Shown: positions 19,251 to 29,077 of the stretch, in pieces | Layout of the letters: every line of letters begins with the position of its first letter | Position numbering within the stretch: the first letter of the stretch is position 1 | Sequence record: LR745206.1 | DNA length: 64,000 nucleotides | Reading direction: 5' to 3' (one strand) | Program-made: the position numbers and the translations under genes | The notes under the pieces: generated by a model | What the model saw: the letters and a program-made list of their open reading frames with translations, nothing else | Told to the model about the DNA's origin: nothing | Databases searched by the model: none

Positions 19251-19681
19251 ACAGGGACAGGATATCTGCCTTGACCACTTGTATCATTATCAATACCGAA
19301 ATCATACCTTGGTATATTCCTATTTTTTTTTATTAAAAATTTTTCTATAACATATTCGGTATCGACAGAGTTATTATCATATAAAGACATATCCCCAGTT
19401 AATATAGATAATCTCCAATCACGACTTCTTTGTATATCTTTTTCGACTCTATATTCTTCTAATTGACAAGATCCATGTTCAGATAATACCCAACAATCAG
19501 GTACTATGCTCCAATGAAATTTTGATTCTGGCATGTGATCCCAAGGACCATAAGTCCCAACCACTTGACCTTTTAACAGACCCTCATTTTCCAATTCCCA
19601 TTCAGATAACTTATTGTTTCTTCTAGCTTCACTCCATGAATATATATGTTGTATAATCACAAAATCTCCTATATTAATCAT
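19247..19681 (-). CDS. hypothetical protein
   Basis: 144 aa; internal tag-like SRDWRLSIL. Confidence 0.65.
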   Translation of the reverse strand: MINIGDFVIIQHIYSWSEARRNNKLSEWELENEGLLKGQVVGTYGPWDHMPESKFHWSIVPDCWVLSEHGSCQLEEYRVEKDIQRSRDWRLSILTGDMSLYDNNSVDTEYVIEKFLIKKNRNIPRYDFGIDNDTSGQGRYPVPV

Positions 19682-19884
19682 AATATCTTCCCAAGTTTTA
19701 TTTCACGTACTCTTTCCAATTCTAAGAATAAGATTGATGAACATTCCTTTATATCACCAATATCATCTTTTATAACATAAGTAGGGAAAGCTCCATATAT
19801 CTTTGTTTCTATAACATCATATGTTTTATTGATAGTTAAGTTATAGTTCTCTCTTAGTTTATTATACATACAAACCACTTTCAT
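19678..19884 (-). CDS. small hypothetical protein, C-tag
   Basis: KVVC..LTINKTYDV; VREIKLGKIL. Confidence 0.7.
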   Translation of the reverse strand: MKVVCMYNKLRENYNLTINKTYDVIETKIYGAFPTYVIKDDIGDIKECSSILFLELERVREIKLGKIL

Positions 19885-19904
19885 TATTTTAAAAGATTAT
19901 ATGT

Positions 19905-20588
19905 TTAATCCAATTCATATATTTCCCCAAACTTAGTTCCATTTATAATCGTGATTAGTTTATACCCCTTGAATATTCTATATTGGTGTTTTTCTATCTG
20001 CGCTACATCAATATATTTTAGAAATTCATCTAATCTATATTTTATCACACATGGGTTATTTTCATCACGTATTATATCATAATCATTAAATAGATCTATT
20101 AGTTTAACATCTTTGAATAAATTCCACATGTTGTTAATAGGATTACCCAAGAATGGTGTTTTTCCCCACAACCAAATATCATCTCTATATCCATCAAAAG
20201 ATATTATTTTATTATCACGACAATCCAATCTACCAACAACCTCAAATCCTATATCCAACTTACTATATCCGATAGAAGGGCAACCATTTAATGATGTAAA
20301 TTTATTACCTCTTATAATCAAATCCCCATTTATTTTTTTCGGAAATCCATCAAACGATGATAGTTTATTAAAAGAACAATCAAAATTACCATTAACTATA
20401 TTAAATCTAAGTGGTAGTTTTTCTAATATTTTGGATGAATGTATTGGCCCTAATTCTAATCCATTACATGATGATCCACATTTTAGATTAACGTGACCAT
20501 CAACATCAATTGATCCATCTTTATTTATAGTATAGTTTTTTATACCATATTTCTTACATAAATATTTTGTTCTCAGCCTTTTAAACAT
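19905..20588 (-). CDS. leucine-rich-repeat-like protein
   Basis: Repeats FDCSFNKLSSFDGFP / IRGNKFTSLNGCP / LDCRDNKIISFDG. Confidence 0.7.
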   Translation of the reverse strand: MFKRLRTKYLCKKYGIKNYTINKDGSIDVDGHVNLKCGSSCNGLELGPIHSSKILEKLPLRFNIVNGNFDCSFNKLSSFDGFPKKINGDLIIRGNKFTSLNGCPSIGYSKLDIGFEVVGRLDCRDNKIISFDGYRDDIWLWGKTPFLGNPINNMWNLFKDVKLIDLFNDYDIIRDENNPCVIKYRLDEFLKYIDVAQIEKHQYRIFKGYKLITIINGTKFGEIYELD

Positions 20589-20589
20589 A

Positions 20590-20844
20590 TTATCTTAATA
20601 TATCATCAATTTTAGAATCACGTATAGAGGCTTTTCCTACTATATTGTGAATTTTTTTAAGTGATTCATCCACCTTATCTTTTTTATCCTTATTTAATTT
20701 CGTTTTGTATTCAACATATATGTCATAGAAGAATTTATAATCATCAAGACATAATTTACCCTTATAAGTATAAGTACCAACTGATGATATCATAACAGAA
20801 TTTATTTTAAATAATCCATCCTTTATTTTATAGTTAATAACCAA
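20590..20844 (-). CDS. hypothetical protein, C-tag
   Basis: Ends IRDSKIDDILR. Confidence 0.7.
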   Translation of the reverse strand: MVINYKIKDGLFKINSVMISSVGTYTYKGKLCLDDYKFFYDIYVEYKTKLNKDKKDKVDESLKKIHNIVGKASIRDSKIDDILR

Positions 20845-20942
20845 TTTAACCTCATCTTGGTTTCGATAGGAAGATTCATCCTTTTTTTGTGATTTTCTGA
20901 ATCTTATTTCTTCGTGTGATTGGTATTATTATAATATCAATT

Positions 20943-21119
20943 ATGAGATACAGAACAAATAAACTTAAAAATACTATCCAAATTCCAAAAGAGGAATTTA
21001 CCGAAATAAAATCTTTTGATGAGGATCAATACATCAAAGATACATTTAAATTGGTTTTTAATTCTATACAAAAAGAAGATTGGGTTAGAAGTATAGACGT
21101 ACAAGAGAAGATAAATTAA
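20943..21119 (+). CDS. small hypothetical protein
   Basis: Start moved to ATG 20943. Confidence 0.55.
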   Translation: MRYRTNKLKNTIQIPKEEFTEIKSFDEDQYIKDTFKLVFNSIQKEDWVRSIDVQEKIN

Positions 21120-21132
21120 ATAAGATATTAAA

Positions 21133-21663
21133 ATGATAACAAATATAAAAAACGGAAACTTAACGGATAAAGGAATGGTTAAGATGGTGGATAATCCTTG
21201 GAATGATAAGGATGGTAATCCAGTTGATAGAATAGTAACAACCACACAGGGCGCTTTTAGAGAAAGTGAATTAACCATTATCGAAAAAGCTGAAAAAACA
21301 ACTAAACCAATTAAAGAACTTATTGATTTCAACACGGCTATGTCTGTTGATATAAGACCTGGTAGAGTTACTATGGCTAAAAGAGTACCAAAGACTGATA
21401 AACTATTACATCTTGTTATCAACACATCATTAGGTACAAAAAACGTAGTTACTAATTTAGGTGGTCAATTCGAACCAGAAGTATTTGTTGGTAATACATT
21501 TATGTTTATTGTAAATATGCCATCTGTTAAGATGAAAGGAATAGAATCAGAAGCTATGATATTAGCTAATGAGGTTGAAGTTTTCAACCCAAACGAAAAT
21601 TCATGGTCAACAGTCACCAAACTTATGAAAGTAGATTTACCAATAAACTCAACAATACTATAA
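21133..21663 (+). CDS. tRNA-binding OB-fold protein (Trbp111/CsaA/MetRS C-terminal-like) with extra N-terminal domain
   Basis: DIRPGRV..AKRVPKTDKLL..FIVNMPSVKMKGIESEAMIL. Confidence 0.85.
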   Translation: MITNIKNGNLTDKGMVKMVDNPWNDKDGNPVDRIVTTTQGAFRESELTIIEKAEKTTKPIKELIDFNTAMSVDIRPGRVTMAKRVPKTDKLLHLVINTSLGTKNVVTNLGGQFEPEVFVGNTFMFIVNMPSVKMKGIESEAMILANEVEVFNPNENSWSTVTKLMKVDLPINSTIL

Positions 21664-21972
21664 ATGAGGTTAATATTTATTTTAATATTTCTATTTACTC
21701 ACCAAGTTTCTATATCACAAGATACATTAACAATTAAGGAGATTGAAAAATATGAGAATGAACTCATACAAATGAATCGAAATACTGATATACTATTAAC
21801 AATCGGTATTAGTTTAAATTTAATAACTATAACAAGCTTACCAAATAAAATAAACACATCAACTATAACATATGGATTGATTGGATTATTATTTGACTAT
21901 TTAGCAATTTCACAACATATTAAATATAAGAAAAGGGAACTTTTCGTTAATAAATTATACATAAAATATTAG
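21664..21972 (+). CDS. putative membrane/exported protein
   Basis: Signal-like N-terminus and two hydrophobic stretches. Confidence 0.6.
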   Translation: MRLIFILIFLFTHQVSISQDTLTIKEIEKYENELIQMNRNTDILLTIGISLNLITITSLPNKINTSTITYGLIGLLFDYLAISQHIKYKKRELFVNKLYIKY

Positions 21973-21974
21973 GT

Positions 21975-22151
21975 ATGAGAAAAATAATACTTAGAATTAA
22001 ACTATTCAAAGCAAAAAGTAGATTGAGAGAATTTAAATTTGTTTATAGATTCTATAAAGGTACAGATAATGAAGAAACCTTTGATAGTTGTTATAATGAA
22101 CAATTGATCAAAATTAAAAATCTTGAAAACGAACTAAATAAAATTAAATGA
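21975..22151 (+). CDS. small hypothetical protein (58 aa)
   Basis: Hand-translated MRKIILRIKLF...; ATGA overlap with next gene. Confidence 0.6.
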   Translation: MRKIILRIKLFKAKSRLREFKFVYRFYKGTDNEETFDSCYNEQLIKIKNLENELNKIK

Positions 22152-22519
22152 AAATATTAAAATTTATATTAAACATAATATTTCCATTCTTACTATTTAA
22201 AACTTTATTCTTAAATATAAAGGATGATATGAAAGATGGTGTCTGTGCATTAAAAAAGTTTGATTTCTGGGATTCTAATATAGGATGGACTCTTAAATTA
22301 TACTCACTAACATCAGTTATCCCCTTTGCTGGTACAGTAATGATAATATTGTTTTCAATTCTAGGACAAACTATGAAATATTCATTTTTCGAAGGTATAT
22401 GGAGAATGTGGTGTGATTTTTATATAACCGGAACATTCTTAGATGTTGCTGCCTGGAGGTGGCAAATTATATTATTGATAGTAGCATTTATATTCAACAT
22501 AGCAAATAAAGATTCATGA
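22148..22519 (+). CDS. membrane protein
   Basis: Three hydrophobic segments. Confidence 0.65.
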   Translation: MKILKFILNIIFPFLLFKTLFLNIKDDMKDGVCALKKFDFWDSNIGWTLKLYSLTSVIPFAGTVMIILFSILGQTMKYSFFEGIWRMWCDFYITGTFLDVAAWRWQIILLIVAFIFNIANKDS

Positions 22520-22527
22520 GCACATCA

Positions 22528-22740
22528 TTAATTATAATTGGATCTTTCTAAATCTATTGTTATTAATTCACCGCTTATTTTATCTGGAAATACATTACAA
22601 GAAATTGTTCCGGTATCACTTTGATACCTAACTCTATAATATCTAGCCGCTGTGTTTACAAATTCAATAGTTCCACTTCTATCAATTATACCAATGTGTC
22701 GTTTTGTGAAAATAACTTTATCACCCTCTTTTAAATCCAT
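22528..22740 (-). CDS. small SH3/KOW-like protein
   Basis: LKEGDKVIF..GTIEFV..YRVRY pattern. Confidence 0.55.
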   Translation of the reverse strand: MDLKEGDKVIFTKRHIGIIDRSGTIEFVNTAARYYRVRYQSDTGTISCNVFPDKISGELITIDLERSNYN

Positions 22741-22742
22741 GA

Positions 22743-22940
22743 TTAATCCTCACTAAGTATCTTTAATAATCTATCAAATAGGTTATTTTGTTTTGTGGCT
22801 TCTTTATTCAATTGGTCAAGTTTATTACTTACTCTCTTTAGCATAACATGATTTTTCCTCCTTTTTTTAGCAATTATAACATCCCTTATCACTAAATAAA
22901 GGAATAAAATCACTAATAAGGTTATAATTATGTAATCCAT
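22743..22940 (-). CDS. single-pass membrane protein
   Basis: TM helix then basic coil; ATG 5 nt after TATATTTG. Confidence 0.65.
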   Translation of the reverse strand: MDYIIITLLVILFLYLVIRDVIIAKKRRKNHVMLKRVSNKLDQLNKEATKQNNLFDRLLKILSED

Positions 22941-23006
22941 ACTCACAAATATAAGGAATTATATTTATATCTCAAATAAATTTTTAATCATTTTAATATA
23001 TAGTAA

Positions 23007-23360
23007 ATGATTACACCTGAGTTATTAACAGATACAGTTTTGGAATGGTTTGATAGTTTGGATTATGAGTATATGATACTACATATACTTGTGTCTTATG
23101 GTTTATACTTCTCTAAAAATATGAAATGGGTATCAGATAAACTTGGTGGTCTACCATATTCTGTTTGGTGGGTTGGTGGTATATTAGCAATTATTGAAAT
23201 GTGTAGATTTTTACCATATTTTGGTGAGAATGATCTATCAATTCAAAAAATGGTTAGTATATTTCACTCATTTTTATTGATACAAGTTTTTGTAGAGGAT
23301 ATTGTACGTAACCTTAATAAATGGATTAATATGTTTAAGAGGTCTGAGAAGTCTGATTAA
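23007..23360 (+). CDS. membrane protein (holin-like possible)
   Basis: About 3 TM segments; TAATATATA at 22994-23002. Confidence 0.5.
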   Translation: MITPELLTDTVLEWFDSLDYEYMILHILVSYGLYFSKNMKWVSDKLGGLPYSVWWVGGILAIIEMCRFLPYFGENDLSIQKMVSIFHSFLLIQVFVEDIVRNLNKWINMFKRSEKSD

Positions 23361-24192
23361 ATTTTACCCAAGTTTCAATATTTGAAAATTCTGATATATC
23401 AAAACTTTCAAATTTCTTAATTCTAGATAATTTATTCTTCCACATCTTTTCTAAAAATAGTAATTTATTCTTATCTATTTTACAGTTTCTATTTGAAATG
23501 TTACCTTCGTTGAAAAGACTTATCATTTCATCCATAGTTAATGTTTTGTGGTGTTTATCAAAGTTTGGATCTGGATGTGACCAACCAAATTTAACTAACC
23601 AATTTAACAAAGCCTCTTTACTAAAGTCTTTGTAATCTTCTGTTGTTCCATTTCCTGTTCTTTTTGATAGTTTTTTATTACCCTCAAATAAAAGACCAGC
23701 ATGTGTTATTTCTGGAAATTTTTTATCACCTTCAACTTCACATATTTTATCCCATATTAGCTTTTGTTTTGGTTCATTAGAAACATGATCCACTCCCCTC
23801 ACTATGTTTGTTACATCATAATCATAATCATCTAATATAGAAGAGAAGTTATAAGTTGGGAATCCATTATTTCTGAGTATAACCATTTTATAGTCACCCA
23901 TATCCAGTTCATATCCGTTATCAGTCTTGGTTCCTATTTTCTCAGCAACTTCTTTATATCTATCTAATCTTTCTGATTGTCTAAAAGTTATATCATAATC
24001 TAACCCAAAAGCACTCATTTGTTCATAGATATAATCTATCCATTCTGGTCTATTTCTTTCTTGGTCAGTATCATCGATACGTAAAATGAAAGTACCATTA
24101 TTAGCACGAGCCATTAAATAATTAAGCAATGCTGTTCTTAAAGTACCTAGGTGAAATTCTCCTGTTGGAGAGGGTGCTATTCTTGTTACCAT
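23335..24192 (-). CDS. gltX: minimal glutamyl-tRNA synthetase-like protein (catalytic domain only, GluQ-sized)
   Basis: RIAPSPTGEFHLG, RIDDTD, RGVDH, KLSKR; 285 aa, no anticodon-binding domain. Confidence 0.85.
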   Translation of the reverse strand: MVTRIAPSPTGEFHLGTLRTALLNYLMARANNGTFILRIDDTDQERNRPEWIDYIYEQMSAFGLDYDITFRQSERLDRYKEVAEKIGTKTDNGYELDMGDYKMVILRNNGFPTYNFSSILDDYDYDVTNIVRGVDHVSNEPKQKLIWDKICEVEGDKKFPEITHAGLLFEGNKKLSKRTGNGTTEDYKDFSKEALLNWLVKFGWSHPDPNFDKHHKTLTMDEMISLFNEGNISNRNCKIDKNKLLFLEKMWKNKLSRIKKFESFDISEFSNIETWVKFNQTSQTS

Positions 24193-24240
24193 AATATTAT
24201 TTTTAATTTATTAATTATATATTAAAAATAATATATGAAA

Positions 24241-24600
24241 TTACTTTTTCAAATAGTCTTTTTCTGGATTTTGTATTGTTAATGCTATTTCAGAACCATA
24301 TTTCAAAATATCAATCATATCCTTATTATTTATAAATAGATATGAGTATGATCCGAATCCACTGGATTCACAAGAGTAAACTATTAAACCAAACTCTGAT
24401 TTTATTTTATCAATACTATATGGTATATTTAGAGCACCTGATATACCACTATTTCTACTACCAAATTTAACATCACCGTTTCTTATAGCATCTATAAGTT
24501 CCAACTGAACCTTTGTTTCATTGATGTTGTCACAGAAATATATAAGTTTTTCTTTTCTTCTCTCAGTGGCCTTTTTGCGTTCTTTTATTTTTTTAAACAT
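24241..24600 (-). CDS. hypothetical protein
   Basis: 119-aa ORF. Confidence 0.6.
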   Translation of the reverse strand: MFKKIKERKKATERRKEKLIYFCDNINETKVQLELIDAIRNGDVKFGSRNSGISGALNIPYSIDKIKSEFGLIVYSCESSGFGSYSYLFINNKDMIDILKYGSEIALTIQNPEKDYLKK

Positions 24601-24779
24601 CTTTCAATTCTTTCGATTTCGATTTCTTTTATTTCTGGGCATCCCCTACGATCTTTTGGTGATTCACCAGCAAATCGATGAACTCTGATGTAATATGATT
24701 CATTATAGGGGTAAACATCAGTTATACCAAGATATTTACCTAATCCTTCATAATATTGTTCTTTTACGTATTCATTCAT
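24585..24779 (-). CDS. hypothetical protein
   Basis: 64 aa, coupled. Confidence 0.55.
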   Translation of the reverse strand: MNEYVKEQYYEGLGKYLGITDVYPYNESYYIRVHRFAGESPKDRRGCPEIKEIEIERIERCLKK

Positions 24780-25306
24780 TATTTTAAGATATTTTTTAAT
24801 TGGTTAAGTACATTTGTTAATTGTCTTCCATTATCAAATGGATACATATAACTACCGATAACATCACTTACGGTGAATAGAACTTTTGTGAAATATTCAT
24901 CAACAAAGAATCTTGATTTAGCTTTTTCTAAAATCTCTGGACAAGTTTCTTCTGATGTTAATAAACCACATAACCATATCCCATTAGATTTCAATTCTAA
25001 TAAAACATATGGGTGTCTAAAGTGTGGGTGCATAAGTACATCACCTTTTTTATATCGAGTTGGTACTTTTTTGGATTTTGATTTAATAACATTTTGGACT
25101 TCAATCATTTTTGTTTGGTTATCAATTTGATCAATATGGTATTCATTTACCCATTCTATCAGTTGTTCTTTGGTGAATGGTGTTTTAATTTTTTCGGATA
25201 AGGATTTTCTATCAAAGTTTAATTTAGGTAGTGAGTTTATCCAAGCTTTTAGTTGTGTGTTGGTATATCCCTCTTCAATCTTTTGTAATAGTAATTCTTT
25301 TGTCAT
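24779..25306 (-). CDS. hypothetical protein
   Basis: Start moved to MTKELL downstream of TATATTTG. Confidence 0.7.
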   Translation of the reverse strand: MTKELLLQKIEEGYTNTQLKAWINSLPKLNFDRKSLSEKIKTPFTKEQLIEWVNEYHIDQIDNQTKMIEVQNVIKSKSKKVPTRYKKGDVLMHPHFRHPYVLLELKSNGIWLCGLLTSEETCPEILEKAKSRFFVDEYFTKVLFTVSDVIGSYMYPFDNGRQLTNVLNQLKNILK

Positions 25307-25350
25307 AATATATTTTTTACAAATATACAAAAAAATTTAATATATACAAC

Positions 25351-25686
25351 ATGAAAGAACATATTTTTGTGTATGGTTTATTTAGAGATTCTGGTAATCC
25401 TTTATTGATGGGTGCTACTTTTTGTGGCAGGACTAGTGTTATTGGTAAGCTATATAAAGTTAATGAATTCTATCCAGGATTTGTCAGAAATGGAAATAAT
25501 AAAGTTTATGGTGATGTTTATTTAATAGATCCATCTATACTACCAGAGTTGGATGAATTTGAGGGTGATGAGTATATTAGAACAAAAATAAGAACAACTA
25601 GTGATATAGAATGTTTAATCTATGAATATAGACATGACGTGTCTAAATTTACAGAGATTAAAGGAGGTGACTGGATGTTGAGATAA
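25351..25686 (+). CDS. gamma-glutamylcyclotransferase (AIG2-like) family protein
   Basis: IFVYGLFR, YPGFV, VYGDVY, LDEFEG..Y.R. Confidence 0.85.
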   Translation: MKEHIFVYGLFRDSGNPLLMGATFCGRTSVIGKLYKVNEFYPGFVRNGNNKVYGDVYLIDPSILPELDEFEGDEYIRTKIRTTSDIECLIYEYRHDVSKFTEIKGGDWMLR

Positions 25687-25767
25687 ACAACTAATTGTAT
25701 TTTTGGTCGTCTATATAAAACAAACTAGTATTATTTACCTATAAATAGACAAATCAAACTAAACTAA

Positions 25768-27966
25768 ATGAAAAAGTTATTATCATTATTATTCATATTA
25801 CTATTAACAACTGTATCTAACGCTCAATTCTGTCCTGATTTAGGACCTGATCAATTTCTACCTTGTGGTGTTGGTACAACTACACTAACTGCTAATCTAA
25901 GCTCCTGTTCACCTGGTGTGAACCCAAATGAAACCACGACATATGGTGTAACACCTATTCCTTATGTTGCTCAAGTTAACACAGGAACTAATGTTTCATT
26001 GAGTGATGATTCACAAGCAGGTCCATTTCCAATTGGATTTAATTTTTGTTTTTTCGGTAATACATATACACAATTTTATATAGGATCAAATGGTTGGATA
26101 TCATTTAGTGCTGGGATGCCAACTACATTTACATCAGCAACTATACCAAGTGTTGGTCCAACAATACCTAAGAATTGTATAATGGGTCCTTGGCAAGATT
26201 GGCATCCTGGTTTAGGTGGTCAGATTAAATATCAAACTCAAGGAACAGCTCCTTGTAGAACATTAATAGTTAGTTGGATAAACGTACCAATGTATAGTTG
26301 TACCGCAACAACAGGAACATTCCATATTGTAATACACGAATCAACAAATTTAATAGAAAATTTTATAGAGAATAAACAATTTTGTGCTTGGGCAGGTGGT
26401 ACGGCAGTTCAAGGAATACACAATCTACCAGGAACAGTAGCTGTGGTTGTGCCTGGTAGGAATTCAACGGTATGGACTGCTGTTAATGAAGCTTATTCTT
26501 ATACACCAAATGGTGCTGTTGTTAATCCAATACTTACTTGGTATCAAGTAGGTATACCTGGATCAATAGGAACAGGACCAACTATTGTTGTTACTCCACC
26601 ACCAGGTGGTGCTCAATACACTTGCCATTTGGAATATCCTATTTGTAATGCTGGTTGGAGTGCTTGTAATCCTTCTGCAGGACCTGGTCCTGATACAGTA
26701 TTGGTTGTACCAACACCATCACTAGCTCCTCCTTTAATGACATTTACTGATCCATTATGTAATGGTAGTTGTGATGGTACAGCTACTATAACTCCTATTG
26801 TTCCTAGTGCTGGATATACCTATCTTTGGTCAACTGGTGGATTAACACCAACAATAACAGGATTGTGTGCTGGTATTTATACGGTTACTGCTGATGATGG
26901 TAATGGGTGTATAACAACCGGTACTGTTACCTTAACTGATCCACCGTTATTAATAGCTCCTCCGATAGTATCACCACCTATTGTTTGTTATCAATCAAAT
27001 AGTGAAATCTATTCAGTAACTCCTGTTGGTACTGGTATAACATATACTTGGGTAACTTCCGGTATAATAAATTCTGGACAAGGAACTGATGTTGTTGATT
27101 TAGATTTATCAACACTTATTGGTGGAATAACACCTAACGCAGTTGGTGTTTTCATTACTGATATTAATGGTTGTGTTAGTGATACAGTATTTGTTGATGT
27201 TAATGTGTTAAACATAACAACAACTATTGATCCAATAGGACCTTTTTGTTCAAATGATCCTTGTGTTGTCTTAGTTGGTAGTCCTGTTGGTGGTGTTTTC
27301 AGTGGTGTTGGTGTTAGTGGTATGAATTTTTGTCCTGATTCTGGTAGTAGTGATATAACATATACATATACACAAAGTGGTTGTACTTTCGATACGACTA
27401 TATCTGTGATATCAAATCAACAACCATTAATACTTTCTATATTACCATCAAGTCAATATATTACGGTGTGTGAAAATGAAACACTATCTGTTACATACAC
27501 AACACAAACAACTTTACCGGGAACCAATGAATGGCTATTTGATGGTCAAGTGTACACAAGTAATGGTTTGGATGTTATATGGGACACGCCAGGAGCTTAT
27601 AATATCGAGGTTATTCATTATAGTAATGGTTGTCCATCAGATCCTTATAACGTGTTAATTGTTGTATCAGAGTGTCCTTCATTGATATATTATATACCAA
27701 ATGCTTTTACACCAGATGGTGATGGTCATAATCAATTATGGTTTCCTGTCTTTACAAAAGGATTTGATCCATATGACTTCCACTTATCTATCTTCAATAG
27801 ATGGGGTGAAACTATATGGGAATCTTATGATGTTAATGGTAAGTGGGATGGTACTTATGGTGGTCAACTAGTTCCACAAGGTGTTTATGTGTGGGTAGTT
27901 GAATTTGGTGATTCGTATAACGATTCCAGACACATTGATTATGGGTCTGTTAATGTGATTAGATAG
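25768..27966 (+). CDS. secreted adhesin-like protein with T9SS type B C-terminal domain
   Basis: Signal peptide; nidogen-like LSDDSQAGPFPIGFNFCFFG; SprB-like repeat; YIPNAFTPDGDGHN..IFNRWGE. Confidence 0.9.
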   Translation: MKKLLSLLFILLLTTVSNAQFCPDLGPDQFLPCGVGTTTLTANLSSCSPGVNPNETTTYGVTPIPYVAQVNTGTNVSLSDDSQAGPFPIGFNFCFFGNTYTQFYIGSNGWISFSAGMPTTFTSATIPSVGPTIPKNCIMGPWQDWHPGLGGQIKYQTQGTAPCRTLIVSWINVPMYSCTATTGTFHIVIHESTNLIENFIENKQFCAWAGGTAVQGIHNLPGTVAVVVPGRNSTVWTAVNEAYSYTPNGAVVNPILTWYQVGIPGSIGTGPTIVVTPPPGGAQYTCHLEYPICNAGWSACNPSAGPGPDTVLVVPTPSLAPPLMTFTDPLCNGSCDGTATITPIVPSAGYTYLWSTGGLTPTITGLCAGIYTVTADDGNGCITTGTVTLTDPPLLIAPPIVSPPIVCYQSNSEIYSVTPVGTGITYTWVTSGIINSGQGTDVVDLDLSTLIGGITPNAVGVFITDINGCVSDTVFVDVNVLNITTTIDPIGPFCSNDPCVVLVGSPVGGVFSGVGVSGMNFCPDSGSSDITYTYTQSGCTFDTTISVISNQQPLILSILPSSQYITVCENETLSVTYTTQTTLPGTNEWLFDGQVYTSNGLDVIWDTPGAYNIEVIHYSNGCPSDPYNVLIVVSECPSLIYYIPNAFTPDGDGHNQLWFPVFTKGFDPYDFHLSIFNRWGETIWESYDVNGKWDGTYGGQLVPQGVYVWVVEFGDSYNDSRHIDYGSVNVIR

Positions 27967-28207
27967 ATAATAGATAATCTATTTTAGTTTCTCTTTGATA
28001 TATTTTATAATCATCCAAAAACATCCAGTGTGTTGGTTGAAATGGTAGGGGAATTTCATCATCTAATTCTTCTGAGATATTAATCCATCTATATTCTGAG
28101 CTACATAAATAGTATAAAATGGCAACTGATTCACCATCAGTTGCCATAACATCTACACCCTCTGGTGGTAATGTTGATAATATATCATTGTCGAATTTTA
28201 CCCACAT
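27959..28207 (-). CDS. DUF551-like small protein, C-tag
   Basis: LPPEG.DV..PTHWM; QRETKIDYLL. Confidence 0.6.
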   Translation of the reverse strand: MWVKFDNDILSTLPPEGVDVMATDGESVAILYYLCSSEYRWINISEELDDEIPLPFQPTHWMFLDDYKIYQRETKIDYLLSI

Positions 28208-28208
28208 A

Positions 28209-28394
28209 TTATTTTGATGCTACCGGAAGTACTTCATAGAAGCATCCACTATCAGAATTTTCATTCATAACCTCGACTAGTTTATTAGCCACATTCTCAT
28301 GTGCTATCTCTAGTACTTCACTATGACCATTTGTTAAAAACACATGAATTTTCTTTCCCTCTCTTACTAATGTTTTCTTAATTACGTAAATCAT
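28209..28394 (-). CDS. hypothetical protein
   Basis: 61-aa ORF. Confidence 0.6.
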   Translation of the reverse strand: MIYVIKKTLVREGKKIHVFLTNGHSEVLEIAHENVANKLVEVMNENSDSGCFYEVLPVASK

Positions 28395-28406
28395 TTTATT
28401 TAAATT

Positions 28407-28538
28407 TTAATTGTTTTTTTGTTTAGGGAATAGGAATAGACCAAATACAACAGCAAGTGCAATACCTACTCCTATATTAGCTGTTGCTAATCCAATTGCT
28501 AATCCTATAATACCTGGTATTAAGTTGAATTTTTCCAT
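28407..28538 (-). CDS. small Gly-zipper membrane peptide (43 aa)
   Basis: Hand-translated MEKFNLIPGIIGLAIGLATANIGVGIALAVVFGLFLFPKQKNN*. Confidence 0.6.
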   Translation of the reverse strand: MEKFNLIPGIIGLAIGLATANIGVGIALAVVFGLFLFPKQKNN

Positions 28539-29053
28539 TATCTTGTATATTTTTTTGATTCGTAAGAGTTAAAATATATAGCTATAACCGGACCATCTAT
28601 TTTCTCACCAGTTTCTATATTTCTATATTGATGTCCTGACATATCCAATGCAATGTCATTTTTTAATATGTATGTTAGTTCCTCACCTAAATAATCTTTT
28701 ACTCTCTCTGTTACCTCCATAACATCAATATTATTAATTAAATTAGAAATACACCAACTTGATACACTTTTAGATATAACAGAAGGTGTTATGATGGCTA
28801 CTTTATATAAAGTGGTTACTTCATATTTCCTATCAACGGCTTTCAATCTATGATATTGGAACTCTTCTTCAAATGACACATCATTATCTCTTTCCAATTC
28901 ATAAAATTGAACCATTTTTCTATTTCTAGGTTTACCCATTACATCTTGAACGATAACATCGAAGTTGGAGGTATCTTCCAATTCAAGGAATATATCTTCA
29001 ACCATATCAGCATTCACTAAATCATTTATTGGATGTTTCTCTCTGGTATACAT
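28538..29053 (-). CDS. DIKDILLEL-family protein
   Basis: MVEDIFLELEDTSNF; TATCTTTG 5 nt upstream. Confidence 0.7.
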   Translation of the reverse strand: MYTREKHPINDLVNADMVEDIFLELEDTSNFDVIVQDVMGKPRNRKMVQFYELERDNDVSFEEEFQYHRLKAVDRKYEVTTLYKVAIITPSVISKSVSSWCISNLINNIDVMEVTERVKDYLGEELTYILKNDIALDMSGHQYRNIETGEKIDGPVIAIYFNSYESKKYTR

Positions 29054-29077
29054 AATACCAAAGATAAGGAATATTAT

